Source: the human T2T-CHM13v2.0 reference genome, Homo sapiens
Assembly: GCF_009914755.1 (NCBI RefSeq)
Contig: NC_060930.1
Length of the DNA stretch: 64,000 nucleotides
Direction: 5' to 3' (one strand)
In this document: piece after piece, positions 34,560 through 49,429 of the stretch
How positions within the stretch are numbered: the stretch's first letter is position 1
How the letters are laid out: each line of letters starts with the position of its first letter
Notes under the pieces: model-generated
The model's input: only the letters and a program-made list of their open reading frames with translations
What the model was told of the DNA's origin: nothing
The model's database searches: none
Translations under genes and position numbers: made by a program

Positions 34560-35470
34560 TTTCCTAGCTCTGTCCACTGAAAGGGCCAGGATGCAGTGAC
34601 ACGTTGCAAACAAGGTTATATTAGTTTCCAAATACTGTTCCCATCAAAAGGGCAGGACTCCCTGGAGTATTACATGATTCCAGGTCTTGCATTAGATGAA
34701 CATGAAACATCTTGTGCCAGAAAGCAAGGAATTGCTGAAAGAGTGATGGGAAGATGTCAAAAGAACATAGGAACGACCACCTGACTGGCTAAATTTGAGA
34801 CAATGTGAAAATAAAAAAAACGACAATGATAGATTATAGAACATTGAATATCCAGAAAATAATGACAAGGACCCTCAGACTAATCCAGATTGTAGGACAT
34901 TTCCTAAGACAATTGATCTGAACTCTTCAAAAAATGTCAACGTCATGAAACACTGAAATGACAGTCACTGAAATGACAGTCACTGAAATGACAAAAAGGC
35001 AGGACACTGTTTAAGTTAAAGGCAGGACACTGTTTAAGTTAAAGAGGAATAAAGAGACATAAAAACTAAACAGCATGTGTGAACCTTGATTGGATCTTAG
35101 ATTACAAAACAGAGCTATAAAGGATATCTTTGTAGATAATCAGGAAAATCTGAGTATGGACTGTGTATTAGAAAATATTGTATCAATGTTAAATTTCTTG
35201 GGTATGATAATGGTATTGTGTTTATTTAAAAGAATGTTCTTGAGATTTTCATGAGATATAAGTAGTGATGAGGTGTTACAATATCTTTAACTTACTTTCA
35301 AGTGGTTTTTTCATGAAGTGTACATGTCTGTCAAAGAGAGGGATACCAAGAGACAAAGCAATGTGAGAAGATGTTAGCAACTGGTGCATCTAAGTGAGGA
35401 TATATGCTGTTCATTGACCTGTTCTTTCAATTTCCTATAGCTTTGCAATTCTTCAAAATAAAAAGTAGAG
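34560..35470 (+). mobile_element. L1MC-type 3' end
   Basis: ttcctagctctgtccactgaaagggcc...tgtatcaatgttaaatttct...caaaataaaaagt. Confidence 0.75.
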
Positions 35471-36229
35471 AATAAAAATAAATAGTATTATTAAATAATT
35501 AAATTACCATTTATATGTAAATAATATTCATAGATCATGCTATTATGTCAGATTCTTTATAAATTAAGGCAAATGTAAGAAATAAATGTACGAGCATATA
35601 AAGGAATAAATGATGTAAGTAGAAACCATCTGTCTTCTTACTTGGTAGATGAAGACACAGATCCATGAATAAATTATCTCCCCTAAGGTCACCCTCTAAT
35701 ATGTGTAAGATTCCATTTCTGGGAGCTTTATATGGCAACTGAACATCAAATATGGTCCTTTGAATACTTGAAATTTTCTTTTCAATCTGTTGGTTTGAAG
35801 AAGCACATTGTATTACACCTTATCAAAGAGAACAGGCCTTTTGAGGATTTTGTTTTTCTTTTTATAGCTGCTATTTTTATCTCACATTTCAGTAGGGATT
35901 GAAATATCAGTAGGGATGCTTTCTGTTTCTCAACCCAGTTCTTTATAGAGTGGTTCTTAACCCATTTCTTCATAGGTGGTTGGAAGTCCATTAGATCTGT
36001 GGAATAAAGTAATAGAGATGCTGAAACGAACAATAAAGCCAGGATGTTAAAATAGATTCTAGTCAAAACTTAATATTTTGAAAATGTACATGGTCCTCTG
36101 TTCCTCTGAGTTAAGCAAGGATTCACTTTCCAACCATGGATCGTCACGGATCATGATATCATACATCATTATCACTACCACCTGCCTGGACAAGGAAACT
36201 GTGTGACACCACTGATTGTTCCAGCAGTG

Positions 36230-36425
36230 CAGTTGGAGTGCTGGCTCCATTTCTTGCTCTGCTTCTTACTGGCAGTGTGACTTGGAGCAAGTTACTTAGC
36301 CTCTCTAGCTTCAGTTTCTTCCGGGGAAACTGAATGGAAATAACAGTATCTAATTGATAGATTTGTTGAGAAGATTAAATGAGAATGGTCATAGCACAGG
36401 GCCTTGTATATAGTAAACATGTAGT
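36230..36425 (+). mobile_element. MIR
   Basis: gtgtgacttggagcaagttacttagcctctct...cagtttc...agattaaatgag. Confidence 0.8.
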
Positions 36426-36589
36426 TTTTTTTTTTTATTAAGCTCTATATTATTAATTAGATGTTTCTCAAAAGACTAGAAAAAATTTAAATGGTTTCTG
36501 TTTTACAGATCTCTCTGACCTTTCTATTTTCACATTTACATATTATGATGACTTAACTAGAAATTGTCGCCCATAAAAACTAGAAACTT

Positions 36590-36905
<316 letters not shown>

Positions 36906-37823
36906 TGACATGAAAATACATTTAACAAAATAATTTCTGTCTGCCATGCTTCCAGAATTTTTATTTTGGTCATGTGCAATTGTTTAATATATGTTTCTTC
37001 TTATATATAGATAGAATCTATTAAAGTCATGAGTTCATTGAAATAGATGATCCATTTGGAGTTTATTATAATGCATGCTATGAATATGGACTCTTTCCAA
37101 AATTATCCAGTTGTCCCAACGCCATTTTGTCTATTTTGTTCACAGTAATTTAATATACAAATTACTATATACTTTCTATATTTACTTGAATCTAATTTCT
37201 GTATAAAATATATAGGAAATATTATTGTGATATATAAGCCAAAGTTAGGGTTTTTTTTCAGACTTTTATATGGAAACTGGTGCTAGTAATGCTTTTATTC
37301 TCACATTTTTTCTGTGGAGTAATTTCATATTTGATTGGCTTTTACAATATGTTTAAGGATTTGGAGTTAAACACGGACATTCAGCAATGAAGATTTAGGG
37401 TTCAACAAGAATCACTATTAATCTGACTTCTTCCCATTTCTTTACTTCATATAAAATCAAACTGCACGTTGGCTAATTTGCTCATTCTTCTCTAAGTATT
37501 TGTCAAGTGGCTGCTATGTTCAGTGTTAAGGGGAAAAATGTAAGGAACAGTACCTCTTCTCTAGGAACAACCGATATAATTAGAAATATAGATTATACAC
37601 ATAAACATGTATATAAGAATGGATGATAATATATAAATGGCCAAAATGAGTGGTGTAGGTGGGTGAAGGTCAAAAGAGCCAGAAATGGTCAGGAAGAGAC
37701 CCCCGTGGGCTTATGTTAAATGAGTTACTTTTTAAAGAATGAGCAAGAATTATCTGGAAAAGAAGGGAGAAGTATTTCTATGTGAGGGGAACTGCATGAT
37801 CAAAGACTTAAAATGGAGACTTA

Positions 37824-38144
<321 letters not shown>

Positions 38145-41100
38145 TCAACATGTTGTCAAAATAATGAAATAATAAGCAATCTAGAGTGTAGGAAAGGTTT
38201 TTGGAGTAATCAGAGATAGGTATTGGAGAGAGATATTACAGAGCATCTTAGCTAGAGAAATCATGTATTTTGCCCTGAAGGAAACAGAAAGCTTTAGAGG
38301 ATATTCAGCAGTGGGATAACTGATGAAATAATATTTTATGGAAATTTAAAATGTGTTGGTATAATTAAGAGGATGGAGCAAAAGAAGCTGGGAGCAGAGA
38401 AAACTGATAAAAATATGCTCTGCATTTAGTTTTCCCAAGGAAGATGATGCTGGACATGTTGCATTTACCAGAATAGTAGAACACACACACGGGAATTCAG
38501 GGCTGCAGATAGAGCCTGAGTTATTATTCAGAGGTCAAGCTGTCTGATATAACCATTTCAGTGGGCCCAAATGCCAGACATAGTTTTGTGAAGGATCATA
38601 GCACCATCTGTTTTGCCTAATGACTCTGGATTGGAAAACATTTGATAAGGCATTAAATGTGCTGCCTAGTAACTTAAAGGGGTTCATGTTCAATGTCCTT
38701 GCAACATGCTATTTTTAACCTTTGGAATGAATATTATGGGAATTTATGATCATAAAGAATATTCTAGATTCAAATGGAAAGACCACAGAAGCTCTTTATT
38801 TGTGACAGGTGGATTAATTTGGAAGTCAATGGGGGAAAATAGTGAAAGCAGAAGGTTTGGTGGAGAGTCATGTGAGCTTTTGTGGGTAAACTTTGATCAT
38901 ATCAAAGTTAGTATAGGAGAGGGAGTGGATTATAAAGGAGCTTGACTTTTCGAAGGCCAACTATGCATTAGGTGTAATGTCCTGAAATCCAAGTTTAGGG
39001 CTGCACATTCTTGGATCCAGGCGAAGACTGAGCAAGGCTGGCTCACCAAGTTTATTGCAGCTGTGAACAGGCATGGATCAGTGGCTTCGTCAAAAGCAAA
39101 TTATCACCCACAGGGGCACGTGGAAATGGGGACATAAAGGGAAGGGCGACTCTTCTCAGTCGGCTGGGGAAAGAGGGATATGATTGCCACCTGATTTGGT
39201 AACCAACCTGACCCAGTTAGTATTCTTGTGACAGCCTGGACAGTGAATCTTAACACAGTCCTGGTCAGAATACTCACTGGACCTCTGGGGAAGTGCCAAA
39301 GAAGATACTCTTAGTCTTCAGCGGCTTCTTGATCCTTACACCATTTGAAGTCTGAGATGGAGATCTGAGCATAACAGCTTCTCCCTAGCCTTCATATTCC
39401 TACCTTCTTACCTGTGATCTTTTAAGGCATCCTTTTCTCTTGGGCGACAGTACTACGTTGCCCTTGGGAGAGGGCAGGGGAGGGCCTTATCTTTCAACAG
39501 TTCTGTTTGGGCATTGGTCCACAACATTTTCTTGGCTTAACTTACATGTGTTACTGTGCTCAGTGCTTTATATACGTTTCAAAACTGCTAGGGAATTACA
39601 ATGTGAAACACCTGGTAATTTCAGTTAGAATTTGAAGCCCACTGGGGATTTGGCTGACAGTTGGGGAACAAACATTTACAGTGGGTCTAGGGAAAGAATA
39701 ACATTTGAGGAATTTGGTGATAGCTAGGTCATTTTCTTTGCCTTAAACTACTTAAAATAAAATGATTTATGTGTGGACTTTTCTTGGAGGTGCCAAATAT
39801 GAAGATAACCTCCAAGGAGTGATTTTCTAATGAATAGGAAGTCTTTCCATAAACAACCTATCTCAGTGGAAATATTGTCCTTGTTGAGAGAGAAACTGAG
39901 GAGAACTTATGTCTCAGTGTAAAAGTCATGGTGATTTTTCTTTTGGTAATTTGTTTCCTGGCCTGAGAAAATATTTGCATATAAATATGTAAGGAAAATT
40001 ATAGAAATGGAGCTGAAATGTATTTTCTCTGAATACGTGTTAATATAATACTATTGAAATGCAAAGATCTGGTTGTCTGAATACAATACTGAAGTATTCC
40101 TAGACCCCCCACCTCAAAACTGGTCAATATTTATTAAAACATATCTTTAGGCTGAAGAGCAAAGAAGAGAAACAAGTATCAATAGAATGGACTTCTCATT
40201 GTTTGCAAGTGTGTGCATGTGTGTGCTTTCTCTGGAGATACTCTTCCTCCTTAAGAAGAAATGTTATACTTATTCCTCAGAGGCTTATTCTAAGGGAATG
40301 ATGAAAGCAAATGGGAACATTTATGTGTGGTTTGAGTTGTTAATTTTGTTAAATATTTGCATCCCTGCCTATGGGTTCCAGAAGAAAACAGAATGAGCAT
40401 GTTTAAATAAATGAATAAATTAGAATAGATGAATTTAGATGACTTAATCTTATTAAAAATTCGGGATATAGGATAAATTGTAAGCAGAACATGGATGATT
40501 TAATTTTTGTTGTCTACAACGGGAGAATATTTCACTCCCTGATCTTGCTGTCTTAGAAGGGTATTAAATGCAGTGTAGAGCTTTTGGGAAGCAGCGTTGA
40601 ACCTGGATATTCCACTCACTTGCCAATATTTTATGACCGAGCAGATGTGTACACAAATCACACCTGTTCTAGTCCCAGAAGCTCTGCTTCAGTCAATCAC
40701 TTTAAAATAACATCTGTCTCTAAGATACAAAATGTACTAAAGAATCTTGAAGGCTGGACAATGAAGGTGTCAGCAGCTCCCCGACCAAGGGCACAGCTGA
40801 AACATATGGTCACATTTTCCATGCTTTCATGGGAGTCCAGGGAGCACTCAATGACAAATCAATGAAAACTTCTCATGGACGGGAAAGTGAGAAGCCCAGA
40901 GAATGTGTTGGGAGGACAATAAGGCACATCTTGCTCTGTGGATGCTTTTCTTTTGCTGCTCTGTTCAGAAAAATCTTGAAGTAGTAATGGCCTTTTGCGA
41001 TATAGTAACAGCAGGTAAATCTTATTTTGAAGTCAAAATTGTTCTCTGAGAAGGTGAAAGGTGAAATACTTGGCATTAACTGTTTTGATTGCTTTTAAAA

Positions 41101-41719
41101 TATTTTTGTGTTTGTCTGGCACAAAACAGATACCATAACCTAGAAGAACAGACTGATACTTTTTCTGTAATGATTTACTAATAAAGTGAGAATTGCCTGG
41201 TTCTATAACTCACATCCCTAAGCACCATTGTTTGAGTTGGATCCTGAGTATTTAAACAATTCTGAAGAGATTTCTTCACAGAACAATAAACAGGTTTTGA
41301 ATTTATGATGGGCATTGTGTAATCTGGGTTCTGACAGATCCTTGTACTTTTCTTCTCTGCACATGGCCACATGTTATTTCTGCTTTGTAAAAGTAGGCTG
41401 TTTTGTATAAGGTCAGAATTTACTGTGTTCTGTTTGAACACAACACAGTGATTTTTCATTGCATTCCTTGCAGTCACTTAACAGTTAATTGTTGATGAGA
41501 GCCACTGTCTCTATTGTGTCTGGCTTTTTAATCCACAGTAGCCACATTTACGGCAGTGCCCATAGTTACCCAGCTGATGATCTCTCACCGGTAGCTACTG
41601 TTCTTTGTCATAAGTTTCACTTCCTTTTTGTTGTCAATTGTCCTTTCCTGTATCACCATTGTAAACTTTTTGATATAAAGAGAGCAAGCTTAGATCTTTT
41701 TAAAAAATAATTTTTAAAA

Positions 41720-42200
41720 TTTTATTGTTTACTATTTATTTACCTAAGGCATGCATAAAGAAAAATGAATGTACTACAAGTGTGAATACTGTATGTAAAA
41801 GTTCAAATGAACACACCCAGGTAACCCGGATCCGGATAGGAAAATGCAGTATTGCCAGCACCACCTTCAGATTCTATCCCCAACTACCATAGATAACGAC
41901 AGCTTTGATTTCTAGGAGCCTAGCTTAGCTTTGCATGTTTCTGAACTTTATTTAAGTGTTTGTATGTACAAACATTTTGCTTGTATGTAGTTTAGTATGT
42001 TTATTTTCATTGCTATATAATATCCCATTTTTTTCATCCATTCTAGGGTTGGGCATTTACACAGTCTGTAATGTTTAGCTAATATGAAGAGAGTTGTTAC
42101 TCACATTCTAGTAAATGCCACTTGATGAACATATGTATGCATACCTCTATGAGTGGAGTTGCTAGATTATGTGTATGCTTGATTGTAGAAGTTTTAAAAA
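41720..42200 (-). mobile_element. L1ME-type fragment
   Basis: T-rich antisense L1 3' motifs (ttttcattgctatataatatccca, catccattct, gagtggagttgct). Confidence 0.6.
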
Positions 42201-43341
42201 GTAATTAATCAAATTAGGCTTTCGGAAAGACTTTCTCACAGCAGTGAAAAGAATGGATGAAAGAATGGTAAGAATAATTTAGATGAGGAATGATAAGAAT
42301 TTGAACTGATGATTATCAGTGAGATAGAAATAAAAAGATGATTATGAGAACATTTGCATGGGAAAATAACTGAACTTGATGGCCTCATTAAACACGGGGT
42401 GAGGTCAGTATGACTTCCAGATGATGTCATTCATAGAGATAGAGAATCTCCTTAAATTAACATTAATATGCATCCAGGAAGTTGTTCTTGTTTATTTTGG
42501 AGATGAAGAAGTAGGACTGATACAGATAATACCTAATAAGTGGCTTATTTCCTCCAAGATGTAAGACTTATTCTTTAAATAGCCAAAATAGTGCCTGGAT
42601 TCGTTTACCAAATGCCATGCCTTCTAATAATTGTACCCAATGACACCTACAGAGTGCTTAAAGAGAAGGCCTTGTTTAAGTCTACCTCTGTCATTTAGAA
42701 GTTACATGGATTTGGGCTAGTTAATATTTAAAAGGCATTTTTTTTTCACATGTAACACAAGGTTAATAATATACATCTTGCATAATTCAATGAGATCAAG
42801 TATATAAAGTTTCTTTTAATGCCTGGCACATAGTAATTTTAAATGATAGCCATTATTATTGTTACATTTAGTCATTACATCTTAATGCTTTTTAAAAAAC
42901 TATTCATATTCTCAAATAAAGAGATGAGGCCACCTTTCTCTTCTCCACATCCTCTCAACAAATTTACCCTAAAATCTGAACATTTGGACATTAAGTAAAA
43001 ACTGACATTGTATTTAGCAGCTTTAAACCAGGCTTGACTATTCCACCCACCTCCAGGTAGTTTCTAATTGAAAATAAGGATGTAAGCATGCTTAGATCTT
43101 AATACGAATATATTCCAATTTTATCCAACAAGCTTATCCTGATCTTTTATTAATAAGTATCCTACAATTGCTTTGTAGGATCTCAAAGTTTGCACCCAAG
43201 ACGAATCATCATCCATAAAAATTCCACTATATCTTCTTGGCTTTTAAGGTATAAAACTCCACTTGTCTTGGAAACAAATTGTACAGAGTAGAGTCTGGAA
43301 AAAGCTACAACTTTAGTTTTACAGCATGGGGATTATTACTA

Positions 43342-45640
43342 TTCACCATGTGTACCTACATCTGCACAGGAAACAAAAAGACTCAGCACAGCCTCAGCTT
43401 CCAAATTCTGAAACATTTTGTGAGACTCCATAAAAGCAATGATGATCTTGGGATCCAGCTAGATCTGTTTTTCGTGGGGTCATTTCCAGGAGCAACAAGC
43501 AAGACCAGGGGTCTCCTTGTCCTTGCTGCATCATGTTCGGATCTGCTAAATGCAGTGCAAGCTGTTGAAGGAATTTTGAGGATGAAAATTTTGAATATAA
43601 TGTTGATTTCATCATTGAAACTGTCAGGATAACAGAGGAATACTTTCGTAAAGCCTTTTAAATCTTCAGCTATTTGTTCCTAGGCAAAGCATCCCTTCAT
43701 TCCTGTCAGTTTCTCTGTCCCCTCACTCCCTTCACATACAAATCCCATGTATCTTTGTATTTATGTAATGATTCAATGAAATAAAAATATTATAGCAGTT
43801 TTGGCTAATACTATTATAAAGTAATGTTCATTATCTGTAAAAGTTGACGGTGATATATGCCATTCACAATTCACTGACTTTTCTGATATCTGCAAAGGAC
43901 TTGGGGTTAGATCTGGACTAGAACATATTACTCATGTGACTATATTCTCTGGTTTCCAGGCTATAGAAAATTGTATCACACGACTATGCTTTGTTCTCTG
44001 AAAAACAGATGGAAGGGACACTATTTTTTAAATATCAGACTGATTTTGGTGGTTTATTTTCATGTGGCTTGCAGTAACTGAAGGAAGATGAACATGTTTT
44101 AAGATGTATATGTCTCATTATATTGATCTGAAGACTCTGTAGGCATGTTTTGTTTGCTAAAACACTAGGAAAGATGAATATACACATAACAACAGCATAA
44201 AAGTGGTAAAGGCAGAAAATTCTGAGGTTGCCTCCAAATGCTTGTCTCATGAGTCTAAATTTAATATCACCCTTAAGCATTACAAGGAATAACTTTGGGG
44301 CTAATGCTGCTCCAAACTGCAATAGCATACCTTGGCAAAATCATCCCCTTACCACCACCCCAGCCATGATATCCTTCATACATTTTACAGTTCTTTACAT
44401 GAGACATGAAAATAATTAAGATGAATAGAATCTCAGAAATTCTGTTTACTACAGATGTTCAGAGTAGAGGAGTCTCTTTAGGCTGAATTTATTGGCAGTG
44501 GAGGGGGACCTATGAGTCAGACACTGGTAAAGTGTACTGGGGAGTGTAGTGGCATCCAAGTCCATTGGTTTGTAGCCACCACTAGGGTGCATTTCTTGAG
44601 AATGCTGTCATTTTCCCCAACATGGGCCTCTGGTCATGTTGCCCTCTTGATCACAGACATCAGGATGTGGTGTGTCCACTCATTAAGAAGTCAGCGGAGC
44701 AAGCTCTATCAGTTAAATATTGAAAATCTGTCCTATAACTAAAGCTATATTCTGTTATGTTGTTTATCTGTCTATAGCAAATCCATGATTTCCCTATAAA
44801 TTAATAATTCTACAAAAAATCAAGAAAAAGGCAGAGAAATTTGTTAAAAGGAAAACCTTACACAAATTAAATTCAGCAGAGTTTAATTGAACAAAGAATA
44901 AAATTGGTTAATCAGGTAACCCCCACAAACCAGAAGAGGCTCAGAATGACTCAGGTGTTGTCTCATGGTCTAAGAAAATTTATGAAGAGAAAAAGGAAAA
45001 TGACAAAAGTGAAGTATAGAAACAGCTGGATTGGTTACAACTTGGCATTTGTCATATTTGAACATGGTTTGAACAGTTGGTTGCCTTTGGTTGTCGGAAA
45101 CTTGGTGATTGGTACAAGAGTAGGTTACAGTCTGTTTATACATCCAATTAGGTTACAGTGCACTATATATGGAAAAACTTTAGGCCAAACATAAAATATG
45201 TAAGGAGGTAGCTTTAGGCTGAACTTAACAGGCTTAATGTTTTGAGTTTATTTTAGCATTGGTTTTCATGAGGACCCTGATTTCAGTGTCGGTGTCTTTG
45301 TTTTGTTTTGTTTTGTTGTGCTATTTTTTTGGCTTTCTGAAAGCATCCCTCTGTTATCCTGACAGTTTCAATGATGAAATCAACATTATATCCAAAATTT
45401 TCATCCTCAAAATTCCTTCCCAGCTTGCACCGCAGTTAGCAGATCTGAACATGAGGGAGCAAGGGCAAGGAGATCCCTGGTCTTGCTTGTTGCTCCTGGA
45501 AATGACAGCACGAAAAACAGATCTAGCTGGATTGTAAGAACATTGTTTCTATGGAGTCTCACAAAATGTTTCAGCATTTGGAAGCTGTTGCAGAGCTGGG
45601 TCTTTTTGTTTTCCGTGCAGATGTAGGTACACATGGTGAA
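43342..45640. repeat. Inverted repeat IR3 (arms 43342-43655 and 45331-45640)
   Basis: About 90% identity over ~310 bp by manual alignment; longest perfect run 44 bp; gives paralogous peptides on opposite strands in the ORF track. Confidence 0.96.
44842..45230 (-). mobile_element. MER57 solo LTR in the IR3 spacer
   Basis: Minus strand tgttaagttcagcctaaagctacctccttacatatttt...ctgtaacctactcttgtaccaatcac. Confidence 0.82.
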
Positions 45641-46399
45641 ACAAAACAAACTGAATTTGTTTTCAGTTTTAGGCCTTTGTTTTATAAGCATTTTACATTA
45701 AAATGTAGAAAAAGGAAATACATAAAATTTCTTTTCTTGTGAGAAAGTGGTAATATGAATTCATACAAACTTGACAAAATACAATGGATTTGTGAGATTC
45801 AGTCCCTTTTAGTGACATGGATGATGATGTGTTATCTGAACTGCTCTTTCCAAGTGTACCATTTTTTTTCTTGTTAAGGGTCTGTCTTTATCAGAGGGTC
45901 TGTCTTTATCAGAAAGTCCAGATACATTTTTAGTGTAATACATGTGACATGTATTTGTATATAAATTTCCCCAGGCATTTTTTGGTTGTAGAATATTATC
46001 ATTTGGTATTTCCACAACTCCTAGAAATATTTTAAGCAGGATAGATGTCTTTACCTCAATCATATTAGGCATTTATTTAACATGAACCATGCCAGATGGT
46101 GTTTTGTATATGAAACTGAGAGTGTGCATGACATACAAAATTTGAAAGGTGCAAAGAGGATTCAGTGAAAAGTAAACCTTTACTCAGGGCCCCCAGCTAC
46201 CCAGTCAATGCATCTCCATCACCATTTTATCATTTTATTCTCTATGTTTATACATAAATATACAAAATGCATATATCATATTATATACTATATCCCTATA
46301 TGTACATGTGATGTATATAATATATAATTTATTTAATCAAGCATCTATTGATAATTTTAGATTGTTTTCAATCTTTTACCAACAATCCTGTGATGATGG

Positions 46400-46960
46400 T
46401 GTATTTAGAATACCTCTTCTCATAGGTGTCTGTGGAGCTTCTTTCCTTATTTCCCTCAGGTTTCAGTTTAAATGTCACCTCCTTGCTACCTTACGTAAAG
46501 CAGAATCCCTTCCTCATTACTCCCTACTCCTCTTATTCTATTTTTCTTCATAGCACTTGCCGTCAGTTGACATATTATGTATTTATTTGTTTAAAGGCTC
46601 TTTCCCCAACACATGTAAGCTTCATGAGTCTCTCTACTGTGTTTGCTTCTCTATCCCCAGTGTGTAGAACAAGAGCGGGTGTGCCATTAGTGTTCACTAG
46701 GCATTTATTAAATGAATAGTTCATTTTACACATTTGTGAGTAGATTTGTAGGAAAAATTACTAGAAGTGGAATTGCTGTGTTAAAGGATGTGGGCATTTT
46801 TAATTTTGACACATGTTGCCGAACAGCTTTCCCTAGAAGTTGTAGAAATTTATATTTTTATCAGCAGTGTACCCACACCTTCACCAGCATCAAACCTACG
46901 GTATCTCATTTTAGGTATAATTTGTATTTCTCTATTATGAGTGATGTGCATACACTACCA
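46400..46960. mobile_element. L2 3' end followed by an old L1 fragment
   Basis: tcagtttaaatgtcacctcc, tatccccagtg.tagaaca, ttaaatgaat; then agaagtggaattgctg. Confidence 0.65.
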
Positions 46961-47132
46961 AAACTCTTTAGCTGTTTATGATGACTAAACATATATGAAG
47001 TATTTTCACTGAATCTTTTTCAAAGACCAAAAGATCTTCCTGACGCTTATGCTCTTATACCAGAAGTTGCCTAATATCTGCCCTGCTTGACTCTGGAAGA
47101 GTCATAATTTATCTGTGTTGAACATTGACTGA

Positions 47133-47447
<315 letters not shown>

Positions 47448-47677
47448 AAATCAGGGATTTTTGTAGTTGCTTTTGACTTCTAGATTTCTTATGCAATGAA
47501 ATCTATCTAATTTTCCTTTTACCTTATGAATTTAATATTCTCCTACTCCCAGGTTATATTTGGGACCTCAGTCTGTGCCACCTGGAATATCAACATCAAG
47601 TAGTACATCTTACCATAATGAAGTTAAAAATACCAGGGCTTTGATATATAATGGGGTCTAATTTAAAAAGTGATATT

Positions 47678-47970
47678 GGCCAGGCACGGTGGCTCATGCC
47701 TATAATCCCAGCACTTTGGGAGACTGAGGTGGGCGGATCCCTTAAGGTCAGGAGTTCGAGACCAGACTGGCCAATATGGTGAAACCCCATCTCTAAAATT
47801 ACAAAAATTACCTGGGCGTGGTGGTGCATGCCGGTAGTCCCAGCTGCCCAGGAGGCTGAGGGAGGAGAAGCTCTTGAACCCGGGAGGTGGTGGTTGAGTG
47901 AGCTGAGATTGCACCACAGCACTCCAGCCTGGGTGACAGAGTGAGTCTCTGCCGTAAGAAAAAAAAAAAA
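47678..47970 (+). mobile_element. AluSx
   Basis: Full Alu, head-to-head with the preceding AluY. Confidence 0.9.
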
Positions 47971-49429
47971 TTAATATCAATCCGTTGTGATGTTTCCTAG
48001 TTAATCGTATTTCAGGAGATCTTTTAACTCCCCCTTTAAAAATGTTTACATATATTAAACTCATGTGTTTGAACTATCATGGTTTTGCTGGAAAGTAAAA
48101 TAGATATTTCCTGTTAGAATTAATTATTTGAATTGTTAGATGAAATCTAAATGCACAAAGTTCAGAATCCTCATAGCAAGAATAAAATAATGTCACAAAG
48201 ATGATCTTCAACAATAGACCCTCTTGCCACTGCAACTCTAATCATACCAATACTTTTATATACCCTCCCCTGCCGCTGACAAAAAGACATGGATCATTTA
48301 CCTTTTACAAACTCTACCAAAACTTTAAAAATGGAACTATTATAAGAACACTGAGGCAAAGACATCAATTTTCAGGACTCCTGAAAACTTGTGTTGTCTG
48401 ATTTCTAACAAGAAATAAAAAGCATTATAGCATGTGGTTTTCTACTTTTGAGTGTTTGTCTAGGATCCTCTGAATTTTAATGTGGCTTATCCTTATAATT
48501 TGTGATATGATGTTTGTTAAATAATACCTTCATTCCTTTTTTTAATTAGGTGAGGCATTATGAAGAGCCATTGTTTAACAAACATAAGTAATACTAATAA
48601 GATCTAATTTTTAAATGAGGTTAGTATTATATTGATTAATATACAACTGAAAGTTCAGAGAAATGTTTTTTTGAAAATTTCTCACTGAAGTTTTTAAATC
48701 TGTAAATGTTGTATTTGGAAATTTTATGAGCTAGAAACAGATCATGTATAGATTTTCATTGGTCAAGGAAAGACAAGGTAACAAAGGATTGTTACAAGAA
48801 ATATTTTGCACTAATAATATTCATGTTGCATGTAACCTTGATGAGAAAATTTTTATAAGCAGCAACCATAATGTTAGGGCTCAGTGATTATGAAAAACTA
48901 CAGTGGCTAAGAGAAAATAACCTTGACACTATAATATAAAATCCCTGAAGTGTTATGGATGACTATGTTGTATAAATGTAACTTAGAAACATATTCATGC
49001 TGAGATTTAATATTTGGGGGTCAGTGCACTGGTAAAGTTGGAAAAAAATAAACATATCAACTAAACAAACTTCATTATTATGTCCACCAGGGAGTCTCAG
49101 TATGAAACCTTTTCATATCAAGAATAATTTTAACACGAGTCAAAAATCCTAAAGCATGCAGGAGATCAACTAAGCAATGACAAAATTCTTAAAAAGAAAC
49201 ACAAACTCCTGAGCTCTTGCATATAAGGTTTTATACATAATATATTTAAGCATATATTATTCAAAGATAGGTGTCTCAAGTATACATATATATATATAAA
49301 ATCATTTACTTATTTTCCAAAAGAGTTGAGTTAATCAAAAAGATTAAAATGCTATTTTAGAATCATCATCACATCAGATACACATAAAATTAAAGTATTA
49401 AAATAAGTTAAATAAAAAATTCTTTCATT

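Noticed and set aside
34951-35044. CRISPR-like repeat array
   Set aside because: Primate DNA; the units are contiguous with no spacers and no cas genes
43342-45640. IR3 as the terminal inverted repeats of a DNA transposon
   Set aside because: No TSD visible outside the arms, no transposase remnant recognised in the spacer, and no familiar TIR ends; not fully excluded without a Dfam search
49081-49099. CTCF-like tgtccaccagggagtctc
   Set aside because: Lacks the GGC core; a partial match is expected by chance
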